Of a stretch of 64,000 nt of DNA, positions 1 through 12,447 are shown one piece after another. The stretch is from Candidatus Bathyarchaeota archaeon. Its GTDB lineage: Archaea > Thermoproteota > Bathyarchaeia > 40CM-2-53-6. The notes under the pieces were generated by a model. That model made no database searches. It was given only the letters and a program-made list of their open reading frames with translations, and had not been told where the DNA came from. The DNA lies in contig CAVPLU010000004.1 of assembly GCA_963706285.1 (NCBI GenBank), positions 160,001 to 224,000 on the forward strand, written 5' to 3'. Made by a program: the position numbers and the translations under genes. Positions within the stretch are counted from its first letter, which is position 1. Each line of letters starts with the position of its first letter.

Positions 1-2075
<2,075 letters not shown>

Positions 2076-2291
2076 CTGGTCTTCGATTTGAGTTGGTACT
2101 GCCCTAAGTGTAAGACTTCATTCTACGAATATCAACCGAGATGCCCCTACTGTCTTCTGCAATTGAGAAAATCGAAACGATTCGATTAGCACACAAAAGT
2201 GATGTGTTGCGACGCATGCTGTATCAAGCTGGCAAAGCTGCAAACATGGACCGTAAGGCTTTAGCTATCAGAAGTGCTTCTGTGGACGCGT

Positions 2292-2426
2292 GCGGCCGTA
2301 GTCTAGCCTGGTCTAGGACGGGAACGCGCGCATCTGCGCGCCGCAAGCCTGCCAACGCCGGGCGGACCGCTTCTGACCTACAGCCGTAGGGAAGACACCC
2401 GGGTTCAAATCCCGGCGGCCGCACCA
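2292..2426 (+). tRNA. tRNA-Gly(GCC) with three introns: 29/30 (2324-2346), 37/38 (2355-2367), 45/46 (2376-2396); encoded CCA
   Basis: Acceptor GCGGCCG/CGGCCGC-A-CCA, D-arm GTCT..GGAC, T-arm CCGGG-TTCAAAT-CCCGG; each insert forms a BHB-like motif and removing them gives anticodon stem GGAGC/GCTTC with loop CT-GCC-AC. Confidence 0.9.
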
Positions 2427-2879
2427 TTTCTCACAGCTAGGTAGACACATCGGTGTATATGGCTTTCAAAGACTCCTGTCAAGATTGAGGATACGGATTG
2501 CTGTGCGGCAAGTGTCAGAGTGTGTATGAGTTGGACAGGTTTGTGTATGCTTGAAATGATTGCCCCCTCATGACAGGAGTATTTGTGTGTGGGCACGACG
2601 AGGTGCATGATGAGCTCATTCTTCATGTGGTGGCAAATCGATGTCTGAGACTCGTTTGGGACTTAGGCTCGAGATATTCGGGAGCTCCGCTAAATGTGCA
2701 GGTATTCGTCAATGTGCCTAGTCGCCTAATCGCTCTCTATTACGGTGTCAACGTTGGCGACGGGACAAAGGGGTCAGCTCATGACAAGCTGACAAATTGA
2801 TGTGGTGTACACTAAGTTTCGGATCCAATTCTGCAAGGGGGCGAGGAAGCGTTTTATGTGACTTAGACGTCCCCCTACT

Positions 2880-3915
2880 GTGAAGGTTGATTTCTTGAAT
2901 TCAAGAAGGATTCTCCTGATCACAACATTATTCATGCTTTTCATATCCCTGCCTGTGAGCATACAGCTGGCTGCTGCTGGAAGCAGCCACGGTTAGCAAA
3001 CAGGTAATGTGCACAGGAATCGACAAGTCCCAGTCGACCTGGCAACCCGTCGGTGTTACAGATACATTCTCAACTGCAGATGAGGCAGTTTACAGTTTCA
3101 TCAATTTGGACGTGAATCCTCCAGTAAGCATCAAGGTCGTTTGGGTCGCTCCACACGAATTTGAGTTTGAAGGTAATAGCTACACCACCATTACTAACGG
3201 CGACCCGACAAAGATTGAGTGGAAGGGGTCCGGCTTCATGTACGATCTCCTTTCGATAGCAGGATCGAATTATGCTTTGCCTGTGGGCGTATGGAAAGTG
3301 CAGGTATACGGAGACACCACTCTCCTCTCAACAGCCCAGTTTACGCTCCAACCTGCAGTTGATATTGTGAGCAAAACCTTCAGCCCCGGAGAGGGTGAGC
3401 CTGTCTACCCGGGAGATATCGTGACGGCCACATATGAGCTCCAGAATGCTGGAAATACGATCTTGAAGGGTGTTAGCTTCGCATTAGAGACTCCACTGCC
3501 TCAAGATGTCAGTCTTGAGGAGGCCACGCCGCCCAGGGATATGCAGCCTGGTTCGACTGAGACTTTTGTGTTGAAAATGAAATTCGCAAGCGAAGGCACC
3601 TACTCGCCTACGATTCAGTTGATTATCAATGAGGAACTGATTGAAGGAGGAGCCCTTGAGGTACAAGTATCTCCGGCACCTTTCTCGTGGACTCTCATCA
3701 TAGCGGGCATCGTAGGAATCGCAGTGATTGTTCTAGTTGCTGTGCTCCTCATGCGTAGACGCAAGCCTTCGCGTCCGGCAGTGCCCCCTATGCCGTATGT
3801 TCCTCCCCAACCATCTCCCGTGATGCCTCAGGCAACGAAGTACTGCACATCGTGCGGTTCACAGATATCTCAAGACGTAAGATACTGTACGAAATGTGGC
3901 GCAAGCCAAGGCTAG
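2880..3915 (+). CDS. Membrane-anchored protein: signal peptide, Ig/CARDB-like ectodomains, TM helix, Pro-rich linker, C-terminal double zinc ribbon; +1 frameshift at ~2982
   Basis: Hydrophobic N-terminus (RRILLITTLFMLFISLPVS) in the upstream frame joins ORF 3007..3915; TM LIIAGIVGIAVIVLVAVLL-RRRK; YCTSCG..YCTKCG. Confidence 0.7.
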
Positions 3916-4070
3916 GTCGACCTGTCAAAGGTCGAGAATCCGCCGCACCAAGACCGAGCCGAACCGCCGCAGCCGGCATTCGACGACTCGTAGGTCCACC
4001 AAGCCTATTCGGGAACAGATCGTTTCGCGCCATTCGGCGCGGAGTCTGACCGTGTTTGCGCGTTGAAGCC

Positions 4071-4187
4071 CTATCCGTAAGGCGACGGGGTCTCAGCCGC
4101 AAGCAGCTGGATCCAGATGTCGAAGGTTCCATCGCGGTTTGAAGCGTAGATTATTGCCTTACCATCACGCCTCCACGATGCGTACAC
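4071..4187 (-). pseudogene. Remnant of a TolB/PD40 beta-propeller repeat protein
   Basis: Minus-strand frame reads VYASWRRDGKAIIYASNRDGTFDIWIQ, resembling the PD40 consensus, but has an in-frame stop immediately upstream. Confidence 0.5.
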
Positions 4188-4316
4188 TGTTCAAGGCCCA
4201 AGGAGAAGCCATCGCTACGAAGAGTCCCCTTGTTGCGTCGATTATTGCGGTCTATTCTCTTGTCCTCAGGTAGGATTATTGAGGACACAATCGCGACGTA
4301 GGTAGAGTGTTGGTCA

Positions 4317-4775
4317 TTGGGAAGCGCAAAAGAGATCGATTTGTTTAGGAAGCAGATGATGTTTGAACGAAGTACAGCGCAAGGTCTTCATGCAACGTGC
4401 GCGAAAACAAAGAATACTGTGCCGAGGCTTCTCTTCAAGGCAATCGAACTCGACTCAACAAAACACGCCCACATGTATGCAACATTGATCGACATGGGGT
4501 CAGGAGCCACGATCTCTAAGGTTGAACACTACGAGATGAGAAAGGAACTCGAACGGCATGTCGCAAATGAGAAGATCATGCTTCTTCAAGCACAGAGAAT
4601 TGCAGCTAATCTGACGGATCCCCGGATGAAGCCGCTGCTCAAGACTATTCTGGCAGATGAGAGAAGACACCACAAAGCACTTGCGGCCATCCTGAAGACG
4701 ATTGCGGTGGAAGAGAAAGTAAGCGAAGACGATTGGTGGGACTACCTCAACAAGTGGGCAGTCTTCTCAACATAG
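4317..4775 (+). CDS. Ferritin-like/rubrerythrin-family protein
   Basis: Two helix pairs with IELDSTKH and ILADERRHH motifs. Confidence 0.7.
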   Translation: MGSAKEIDLFRKQMMFERSTAQGLHATCAKTKNTVPRLLFKAIELDSTKHAHMYATLIDMGSGATISKVEHYEMRKELERHVANEKIMLLQAQRIAANLTDPRMKPLLKTILADERRHHKALAAILKTIAVEEKVSEDDWWDYLNKWAVFST

Positions 4776-4805
4776 TCGAATGATCTCTTAGCGTCTTGGA
4801 GTCAT

Positions 4806-5996
4806 TCATTTGTACTGGGCACGCCAGTTCTTCATCCTCTCCAGTGCTTCTTGGATGTTGCGTTGAGAGGTCGCGAACGACAGTCTCAAGTGACCTTCTC
4901 CTGCTTCGCCGAATGCGCTGCCTGGGATGACTGCCAACTTCGCCTGTTCCAAGAGTTCGTCAGCGATCCTTGCAGAGGGCAGTCCCAGTTCGCTCACATT
5001 GGGGAACGCATAGAAAGTCCCTCTCGGGGGAGTGCAATGGAAGCCATCAATCTCATTCAGGCCTCTCACGATGAGATCTCGTCGCCGACTGTACTCCTCA
5101 ACCATCTCTCTGACGCAGTCTTGAGGCCCTGAAAGAGCTTCTAACGCGGCTTTCTGTGCAGGTGCGGGGGCGCAAGACACCATGTATCCATGCATCTTTC
5201 TAATGCCATTTGTGATGGTCTCGTTGGCAACGACGTAGCCGATGCGCCAACCTGTCATCGCGTACGTCTTGGAAAAAGAGTTCACCGTTATCGAGCAGTC
5301 TTTGAATTCAGGCTTTGAAGCGATACTGAAATGCCTGTTTCCGTCAAAGGCCAACTTCTCATACACCTCGTCCGACAGAATCAGAAGGCCGTGTTGTTTG
5401 GCCAGTTCGGCGAGTTCCAAGAAACAGTCACGCGAGTACATCACACCCGTGGGGTTGTTAGGTGAATTGACTATGATCATTTTCGTCTTGTCAGTAATGC
5501 GATGTATCAGGTCCACGCTTCTTGGTTCAAAGTCCGGACCACGCAAGGAAACAGGTACAGGCACACCTTCGGCTAGTTGGATAACCCCGACATATGAAGG
5601 CCAAGAAGGCTGGAGGACTATCACTTCATCGCCCGGGTTGATGGTCGCTTGAATAGCCGCAAATATTGCGCCATATCCGCCTGAAGTGACTGTGATCTCG
5701 GTTCTTGCGTTTGCTTCAATCCCGTTTTCTTCGAGAAGTCTTCTCGATATCTCCTCGCGTAGTTGAAGCAAACCAGCCGCGTGAGTGTAGTGCGTATACC
5801 CTTCATGTAGGGCTCGGGTGCCGGCCTCAACTATATGTTCCGGTGTTGGAAAGTCGGGCTCTCCTACGTGAAGGCCAATTATTTCAGGTCTTGTCTCAGC
5901 AAGGTCGATTATCTTACGTATCGGTGAAGGTTCGATCGATTGGACTCGCTTCGAAACACTCAAACTTCTGCCCCGCTCAACAAGCCAAGAATCCAT
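4806..5996 (-). CDS. PLP-dependent aminotransferase class I/II (aspartate aminotransferase-like)
   Basis: GEPDF, NSPNNPTG, SDEVYE, NSFSKTYAMTGWRIG, GHLRLSF. Confidence 0.93.
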   Translation of the reverse strand: MDSWLVERGRSLSVSKRVQSIEPSPIRKIIDLAETRPEIIGLHVGEPDFPTPEHIVEAGTRALHEGYTHYTHAAGLLQLREEISRRLLEENGIEANARTEITVTSGGYGAIFAAIQATINPGDEVIVLQPSWPSYVGVIQLAEGVPVPVSLRGPDFEPRSVDLIHRITDKTKMIIVNSPNNPTGVMYSRDCFLELAELAKQHGLLILSDEVYEKLAFDGNRHFSIASKPEFKDCSITVNSFSKTYAMTGWRIGYVVANETITNGIRKMHGYMVSCAPAPAQKAALEALSGPQDCVREMVEEYSRRRDLIVRGLNEIDGFHCTPPRGTFYAFPNVSELGLPSARIADELLEQAKLAVIPGSAFGEAGEGHLRLSFATSQRNIQEALERMKNWRAQYK

Positions 5997-6048
5997 AGAA
6001 GACTATTTCGCATTTTGCACAAGCGTAGCTTACCGATATGTGAGCTGG

Positions 6049-7584
6049 TCATTCGAGATGTTCGCGAATCTCATCATAGAGAAATTTGGAACTGAGGGTT
6101 TGCCCAAGTTTCTCCGCCATCTCCTCAACCGTGATGCGGTTTCCCTCTCTCCACAATTCCTTCAACAACGATCCGGATCCTGGATTGGCAAACCATTCGT
6201 CGCCGAACTCTTCGACAAGGTATTTTCGGAGCTGGGCTTCAGCAATCCAAGATCGAAGATACTCTGCGCAGTAGAAACCGTCATCCACGCTGATGAGGTA
6301 GTTCACTGGATTGTAGCGGACTTGGAGTGCTAGTTCGTGCAGTTCCTGGTATAGCTTGTCCTTGTCTTGGAAGCTTTCCGTATGTAGACGAAGTTCGTAC
6401 TCTAGCTTTGCGGTGTACAGTCTCGTTATGTAGAGTTTCGAGAAGTATGCAAAGCGGAGCAATTCGTCCGGTGCATCTATTCCTAAAATCCTTTGCAGCC
6501 ACTTCGCGTTCAGGGTTAGATTCTCAAAAAGAGAAGAATAGGTCTCGGTAAGAGACTTTTCATCTGAGAGACGAAACACGAACGGCATCTCGGCGGGCGT
6601 GTTGGCGCCATGAAGTGCGTGTCCCGCCTCGTGAAGGATTGTCTCATAGTCGTACCGTCCTCCTATCGGCATCGCGCCGAGGATTATCTTCTTTGGAACG
6701 TCGAGTGGGAAGCATGCCGCTCGCGGGTCCTTGTTGGGGCGCTCTTCAAGATCAAGTAGGATATTCGGATGCTTCTCAAGCTGCAAGTCCATTCCATTAA
6801 GTGTCTTTTGAAGCGCTATGATTGCTCCGCCTTTGGGAAAGTAGGTGTCAAATCGCTTTCCACGGTGCAGGTAAAGGATGTCATGTCTGTCAGCGTCTTT
6901 TGGTTCAACGTGAATCGACTTTAGTGCTAGCTGAAGCTGTTCAGCATAGAGTGAATCTGTTGTCTTGAGATGAGTTCTCAACTCGTCGGACAGCCTTTGG
7001 TAGTCGATGCTCTTGATCTCCGAATAGAGGCCGGCGTAGTTCGTGTAGCCCTCTGCCTTCGCGGCTTCGTGAAGTTTTGCCAGCCTCTCTTCAAGGATAG
7101 GGTTGAAAGTGCCAACAGCTGCCTCGGCGAGCTTGTGAATCCTCCCGCGTCGCTCTCTATCATCCTCGTTCATCACCATCGGCTGAGTCGATCGCCACGG
7201 GAGAGCCTTGCCATCAATAGTGATCGTTGTTCGAGTCTCCAGGGTAGTCGCTTTATCGGTTAGCTCAGTGACCTGCCGATCCAAGTGTGTGCCTAGCAGA
7301 CTTCCGAACAGAAGGTTGAACCGCCTGTAGTCATCGCCCGACGAAGCTTCGCGCGCCCTCTTGACCACTGCCATGTTGTCAGGAGTGAACAGTTGACTGT
7401 ACTTCTCGAAGATTCCCGATATGTTAAGCTCTTCTTTGAGCCCAGCCCAGTTCTGATAGTACTCGTTAGTGGCCTCCTTCACGAATTCCTCGTAGTCTCG
7501 TTCAAGCTGCGATATGTCCATCGGCGCAACCGCACGGGTCACCACTTTGTGCGGGACTATTAAGTCTGGAGACAATGATGCCAT
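6049..7584 (-). CDS. Zinc metallopeptidase, M3/M32-like (gluzincin)
   Basis: HEAGH (HExxH) followed by ETYSSLFE third-ligand region; KDPRAACF. Confidence 0.75.
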   Translation of the reverse strand: MASLSPDLIVPHKVVTRAVAPMDISQLERDYEEFVKEATNEYYQNWAGLKEELNISGIFEKYSQLFTPDNMAVVKRAREASSGDDYRRFNLLFGSLLGTHLDRQVTELTDKATTLETRTTITIDGKALPWRSTQPMVMNEDDRERRGRIHKLAEAAVGTFNPILEERLAKLHEAAKAEGYTNYAGLYSEIKSIDYQRLSDELRTHLKTTDSLYAEQLQLALKSIHVEPKDADRHDILYLHRGKRFDTYFPKGGAIIALQKTLNGMDLQLEKHPNILLDLEERPNKDPRAACFPLDVPKKIILGAMPIGGRYDYETILHEAGHALHGANTPAEMPFVFRLSDEKSLTETYSSLFENLTLNAKWLQRILGIDAPDELLRFAYFSKLYITRLYTAKLEYELRLHTESFQDKDKLYQELHELALQVRYNPVNYLISVDDGFYCAEYLRSWIAEAQLRKYLVEEFGDEWFANPGSGSLLKELWREGNRITVEEMAEKLGQTLSSKFLYDEIREHLE

Positions 7585-7700
7585 TCATCAGGCTCTTCGT
7601 TCTAACGTGGAAGCGATCCAACAAACCGTCCGTGATGTGATAAGCCCATAATGTACAATGCAGATACGCGAGACACAGTTACGTGAATCTGAGTGTTGTG

Positions 7701-8075
7701 TTATCCGCGCCGGAACTTGTCAGTAAGTGATTTCAGTTCACCGCTTTCATAGACCTGAATCTTGGTCTCAAGCCTCACATCCATCCCCAGACTCCGGAAG
7801 AGCCACAACAGTTGCTCAGCAGTGATAGGTCCTTTCAGCTTGCCCTCACGCACCAATTTCGCAAGTTCTGCCTCAAGCATACGCGTGGGTTCGGGATACT
7901 GTGCGGCAGCAGCGTCAAGCACCTCCCATGCGCGTCCGACAAGGATCGTCTTCAGAACTTCCCGAGGAGCTGGCTGCTTCTGAGTTGATGGTTTCTCCTT
8001 CTCTCGCTCGAGGCGCCGCTGCATCTCCTGCATCCTTCGAAGCTTCAGACGCTCCAGTTCAGCGTCCTCGGACAT
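7701..8075 (-). CDS. PDCD5-like double-stranded DNA-binding protein (divergent paralog)
   Basis: DAELERLKLRRMQEMQ N-terminus; KLKGPITAEQL resembles the PDCD5 core. Confidence 0.7.
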   Translation of the reverse strand: MSEDAELERLKLRRMQEMQRRLEREKEKPSTQKQPAPREVLKTILVGRAWEVLDAAAAQYPEPTRMLEAELAKLVREGKLKGPITAEQLLWLFRSLGMDVRLETKIQVYESGELKSLTDKFRRG

Positions 8076-8134
8076 AGCAGATTCTCCACGGAAGCGCGAC
8101 TAATGCGAGACCCATTATTAAGTGCGCGAATGCG

Positions 8135-8849
8135 TCAGCTCTTGAGTCTTTTCTCAGGTAGGCCGATTCCACATTCGTACTCATAGATGATTCTCGCAGC
8201 CACCACCCACGCCTCAAGCGGCTCTTTATCGATCGAGAAGTACATGGTTCGCGAGTTGCCCTGTTGATTGATTGAAGTGCGAGTGGGCAAAACCGCCAAT
8301 CAACACTGCCGGTGCATGTTCGTCCGCTATTCGTGAGCATGCATCCTTCACGCTTGCAGGTTTTCCCAGAGTGCTAAATGCCACCACGATCGAAGCCTCT
8401 AGCTCGTCTATGAGTCTTGGGAGCGTGCACTCTCGGATTCTCAGAAGTGACTGTTCGCCTGGAGGGACGCTGTTCTCGACGTAGAGTTGCTCAAGCAGCC
8501 CAATGAACCTATCATAGTTCCTAGGAATCCTGATTCGTGGATCTACTTCGATGACCTTGTCATCAATTGTGTGAATGTATGTTCGAAGCAACCCCTCTAG
8601 GTTCAGTGGCGATCCTAATACTTGCAGAAGGACGTGAAACACGATGTCGGGCCTTCCTCGCTTCAGGAATTTCTCGGAAGGATCCCGTGTTTCCGCTGCC
8701 TTAATTGCGGAATGATGAAAGCTGCGATCGAGAATCAGAGCGCTTGGTTCTCTATTCTTCCTTCGAGCTTGCGCAATAACCGAGGGATGGCGGATAAGCT
8801 GCGGAGGCATCCTCTCAATCGACGACTCTACAAGGATCAAATTCAACAT
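8135..8849 (-). CDS. nep1: 16S rRNA pseudouridine methyltransferase Nep1/Emg1; +1 frameshift at ~8243
   Basis: ILDRSFHH, KRGRPDIV, RIPRNYDRF, IGGFAHS; the C-terminus FSIDKEPLEAWVV continues in the +1 frame to a stop at 8135. Confidence 0.9.
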
Positions 8850-9026
8850 GTAATTGCCCTCAAAGCGGTATGCGCTTGTTCTCTAGGGCTGTTCACGCCC
8901 AACGGAGAGATGAGCCTTGTCGTTCGCATATTCGCTTCGCGGGCAGGCGAGCATACGCAAATCATAGATGCTCTCTAGACGTACTTCATCTCGCCAAGAG
9001 TCAGGCAAGCGAGCATTGACAGAGCT

Positions 9027-9368
9027 TTGACACGTCAAAAGAGCAACAGTGACATCCGTCATATAGCAGAAGAGCGCATTAGCATTCTCCTGAGGCTCGC
9101 GAGGGATACGGTCAAATCCGACCCATCCCTATCCAAACGATACGTGGAACTAGCGCAACGAATAGCAATGCGCTCAGGCGTTAGGCTCGGCGCTCAACGG
9201 AAGCAGTTCATATGCAAGAACTGTAAGAGCCCTCTAGTTCCAGGCGTCAACTGCAGAGTCCGTGTGCGTACGGAGTACGGCACTCATGTTGTCGTGACCT
9301 GTCTTGAATGCGGCTCAATCAAACGATATCCGGCGGTGAAGGAGAAACGTCTCAAAAGAAAAAGATGA
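9027..9368 (+). CDS. rnp4: Ribonuclease P protein component 4 (Rpp21)
   Basis: IAEERISIL, RYVELA, ICKNC..LVPG..CLECG zinc ribbon. Confidence 0.93.
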   Translation: MTRQKSNSDIRHIAEERISILLRLARDTVKSDPSLSKRYVELAQRIAMRSGVRLGAQRKQFICKNCKSPLVPGVNCRVRVRTEYGTHVVVTCLECGSIKRYPAVKEKRLKRKR

Positions 9369-9640
9369 AGGAACTGAAACGTCGATCAGTAGAGAAGGAG
9401 ACTACCGTATGGATTGGAAAAGGCGGTGTCACGAATGCGCTATTGAGCCAGATCAAGAGACAGCTTGATGCAAACGAGATGGTTAAGGTCAAGGTTCACA
9501 AGACCTCTCCGGAGAACGCTGAGGTATCTATGATCGCTGACAAGATAGCTGAAGGAACCGCCTCACAGATAGTCGACGTGAGAGGGCGAACGTTTACCAT
9601 CTACAGACAGAAGAAGACACTTGGAACGCGCCCTAGTTGA
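9365..9640 (+). CDS. YhbY/CRM RNA-binding protein
   Basis: VWIGKGGVT, LDANEMVKVK, VRGRTFTIYR. Confidence 0.9.
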   Translation: MKELKRRSVEKETTVWIGKGGVTNALLSQIKRQLDANEMVKVKVHKTSPENAEVSMIADKIAEGTASQIVDVRGRTFTIYRQKKTLGTRPS

Positions 9641-9733
9641 CCCGATCTCCTTTCACCGCCTACCTCAGCTCAACTTATATTTTGGGTGAAGTTCCCTAGT
9701 GCAAGACTGGTTCAGGAACCGGAGAGACTACAG

Positions 9734-10183
9734 TTGCCAACAGCATATGATGTGGAGGCCAATGTTCTCGTTGAGAGGCTGGCCAAACACCTCAAAGAGA
9801 ACGTCGGTGAAGTGACCTCGCCAATGTGGGCCCTCACATCCAAAACGAGTGCACACAAGGAACGCCCACCCCAAAACCCAGACTGGTGGTACGTTCGATG
9901 CGCTTCGCTTCTAAGGAAGCTCTACATTCACGGACCGATTGGAATCCAAAGACTCCGAGTCGAGTACGGTGGTAGGAAGAGGAAAGGAACAAGCATAGAA
10001 CACGTCAAAGACAGTGGGGGATCAGCGATCCGAGAGCCACTTCAACAGCTGGAGAAAGCCGGTTTGGTGGCGAAGGAAGGTGTCAAGGGAAGAAAACTCT
10101 CAGGAGAAGGCTTGAGTCTACTCAACAGGATCTCGGCTGAGATATTGAAGGGGAGCTCCTCCGGAGAGGGCTCGAAACAATGA
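9734..10183 (+). CDS. rps19e: 30S ribosomal protein S19e
   Basis: PTAYDV, KERPPQNPDWWYVRCASLLRKLY, YGGRKRKG; TTG start inferred. Confidence 0.96.
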   Translation: MPTAYDVEANVLVERLAKHLKENVGEVTSPMWALTSKTSAHKERPPQNPDWWYVRCASLLRKLYIHGPIGIQRLRVEYGGRKRKGTSIEHVKDSGGSAIREPLQQLEKAGLVAKEGVKGRKLSGEGLSLLNRISAEILKGSSSGEGSKQ

Positions 10184-10524
10184 GTGGGGATGACCTGGGC
10201 GAGGAAGAGCTAGAACAGCTGCGAAGGCGAAGGCTTACCGAGCTTCAAAGAGCAGCATCTGAAGAAGAGAGGCGAGCTGAAGCCCACCAGCAGGTTGAGA
10301 CTCAGAAACAAGCAATCTTGAAGAGGATACTTACAACTGAAGCGAGGCAGAGACTCACGAACATAAGGATGGTCAAGCCCGAATTTGCAGACCAGGTCGA
10401 ACTTCAATTGATCCAGCTTGCCCAATCGGGCAAGATTAAGCGGCCTATATCCGACGTAGAACTTAAGAATGCGCTTGTTCGCCTCCAGTCCCAGAAAAAG
10501 GAAATCAAGATCAGGAGAATGTAA
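10180..10524 (+). CDS. PDCD5-family DNA-binding protein
   Basis: ELEQLRRRRL, ILTTEARQRLTNIRMVKPE, VELQLIQLAQSG; conserved position after rps19e. Confidence 0.93.
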   Translation: MSGDDLGEEELEQLRRRRLTELQRAASEEERRAEAHQQVETQKQAILKRILTTEARQRLTNIRMVKPEFADQVELQLIQLAQSGKIKRPISDVELKNALVRLQSQKKEIKIRRM

Positions 10525-10525
10525 G

Positions 10526-10681
10526 ATGGCAACGCACAAGCCCGTGGGCAAGAAGAGACGTCTTTCTAGACGACACCGGATGAGACGAGCGGTTCCGACG
10601 TGGGTGGTTGCAAAGACAAGAGGCCATGTGAGAAGTCACCCAAAGAAGAAGAACTGGCGTTCTAGCAAACTGGACGTATAG
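10526..10681 (+). CDS. rpl39e: 50S ribosomal protein L39e
   Basis: MATHKPVGKKRRL..VPTWVVAKT..HPKKKNWRSSKL (51 aa). Confidence 0.93.
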   Translation: MATHKPVGKKRRLSRRHRMRRAVPTWVVAKTRGHVRSHPKKKNWRSSKLDV

Positions 10682-10691
10682 AAGGTAACAG

Positions 10692-11163
10692 ATGTTGAGT
10701 AAGATACAACCCGATTCGGAAGATGTGGTCGCTGAAGAAGAAGAGCCCTCTACGACTCTTCAAGAGGAAAGCAAGGACACCGTCGAGGAGACTGAGGAAG
10801 AAGCATCGAAGGGACAACCCTCGGTTGAGGAAGAGGTTCCTGCCAAAAAGGCTGAGGAAGGAAGAGGAGGAAGCCGAGGAGGAGGAAGAGAAGGAGGAGA
10901 TAGAGATTGTTGAGGAACGAATATGCACGATTCCTTTTCGCAAGGTCTGGGCGACGCCAATGGGCAAGCGAACTCCTCGAGCCTCCAGAGTGCTCCGCGC
11001 GTTCGTGAAGCGTCACATGAAGGCTGAGAATGTCGAGATCAGCAACGAAGTAAACGAGGAGCTTTGGGCCAGAGGTATCAGGAAACCACCCAGACAGATC
11101 ACAGTGCGCTTGGTCAAGGACAAGGAAGGCAGGGTCATAGTATATCCTGCGACCACCGCATGA
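10692..11163 (+). CDS. rpl31e: 50S ribosomal protein L31e with acidic N-terminal extension; +1 frameshift at ~10860
   Basis: ERICTIPFR..KRTPRA..VNEELWARGIRKPP core; Glu-rich ORF 10692..10913 joins on removing one G. Confidence 0.9.
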
Positions 11164-11256
11164 GCTTCCAAAACCCCAGCCTGAAGGTCTCATTGCTAGG
11201 GCAGTTCAGGGAAGCCAAAAATGCGACCTAATTTGTTGACGTCGGTGATCTCCTAG

Positions 11257-11925
11257 TTGGGGATTCTGCGGGCCGACGTTTATGGAAGTCCAAACATCGG
11301 AGTGTATTGCCACTCCAACGAGACAACAGCCATCCTTCCGCCGGGCCTAACGAAGAAGAAACTCGACAGGGTTCGGCAATATCTAGGCGTTAGAGCCTGC
11401 GTGACGAATATCGGAGGATGCTCGCTTCTAGGAGTTCTGATCACGTCTAACTCGAACGGAATGGTTCTTCCGCACACAATCCATGATCACGAACTGAAGG
11501 CGGTCCAGGATACTCTGGCAATGAGGGTTACGGTTGCTCAGGAACGGTGGACTGCGCTTGGAAACATCGTGCTGGCAAATGACAATGGTGCGGTCATACA
11601 TCCCGGTGCCCCAGAATCTCTCGCAAAGACGGTTGCGGAAACTTTGAGCGTTGACATTGTCACTGCAACGATTGGAGGTCTTCCATATGTTGGATCGCTA
11701 GCCGTAGCCACAAACAAAGGAGTCCTAGCTAATCACGCAATAACAGATCACGAACGAGCGGTCATCGAGAAAGCATTGAAGGTGCCGGTGGAACCTGGAA
11801 CGATCAACGGTGGGACCCCATACATTAGGGCCGGTCTTCTCGCGAATACGAAAGGCGCGGTTGTCGGTCCACTAACCAGCGGACCCGAATTGATGGCGAT
11901 TACAAGAACGCTTGCAATCGAATAG
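11257..11925 (+). CDS. eif6: Translation initiation factor 6 (aIF6)
   Basis: GSPNIGVY, ALGNIVLANDNGA, GTINGG, TSGPEL. Confidence 0.95.
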   Translation: MGILRADVYGSPNIGVYCHSNETTAILPPGLTKKKLDRVRQYLGVRACVTNIGGCSLLGVLITSNSNGMVLPHTIHDHELKAVQDTLAMRVTVAQERWTALGNIVLANDNGAVIHPGAPESLAKTVAETLSVDIVTATIGGLPYVGSLAVATNKGVLANHAITDHERAVIEKALKVPVEPGTINGGTPYIRAGLLANTKGAVVGPLTSGPELMAITRTLAIE

Positions 11926-11952
11926 TGGTCACAGGCGCACCCAGTCTGAGCC

Positions 11953-12447
11953 TTACGCCTTGAAGAGTTTGTCCCACTTTCCCTCGGAGATCTCTTTCTG
12001 GACGTCTCTGGGGTCTCTTCCGTCAACCGTAATACCCATACTGACGCATGATCCGAGCACTTCCTTGGCGGCGCTACTTTCTGATAATGCGTAGCTTCCT
12101 GGAATTTTCATCTTGGCTATCTTTGCTACTTGCTCAACCGTCAGGTTGCCTACCTTCTCCGCCTTCGGATTGCCTGAGCCCTTCTCTATGCCGAGTTCCT
12201 TCACAATCAGGGCAGATGTGGTAGGGGTACCGATCTCAACCTCGAAATCTTTCGTATCAATATCTACAATTACTTTGACCGGAACCTTCATCCCTGAGTA
12301 TGCGGCCGTGAGCTCGTTGATTCGGTTTACGATCTGAAGCACATTTACTCCAAGCGGCCCGAGAGCCGGTCCAAGTGGTGGACCGGCAGTCGCCTCGCCA
12401 CCGCTTAGGAGAGCCTCAACTTGTTTCTTCTCTCCCAGCTTCTCCAC
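11953..12447 (-). CDS. rpl11: 50S ribosomal protein L11
   Basis: GGEATAGPPLGPALGPLG, KEVLGSCVSMGITVDG. Confidence 0.97.
   Translation of the reverse strand: MEKLGEKKQVEALLSGGEATAGPPLGPALGPLGVNVLQIVNRINELTAAYSGMKVPVKVIVDIDTKDFEVEIGTPTTSALIVKELGIEKGSGNPKAEKVGNLTVEQVAKIAKMKIPGSYALSESSAAKEVLGSCVSMGITVDGRDPRDVQKEISEGKWDKLFKA

Noticed and set aside
3916-4070. GC-rich hairpins as RNase P or SRP RNA
   Set aside because: No P4 consensus (GAGGAAAGTCC) or SRP helix-8 motif found.
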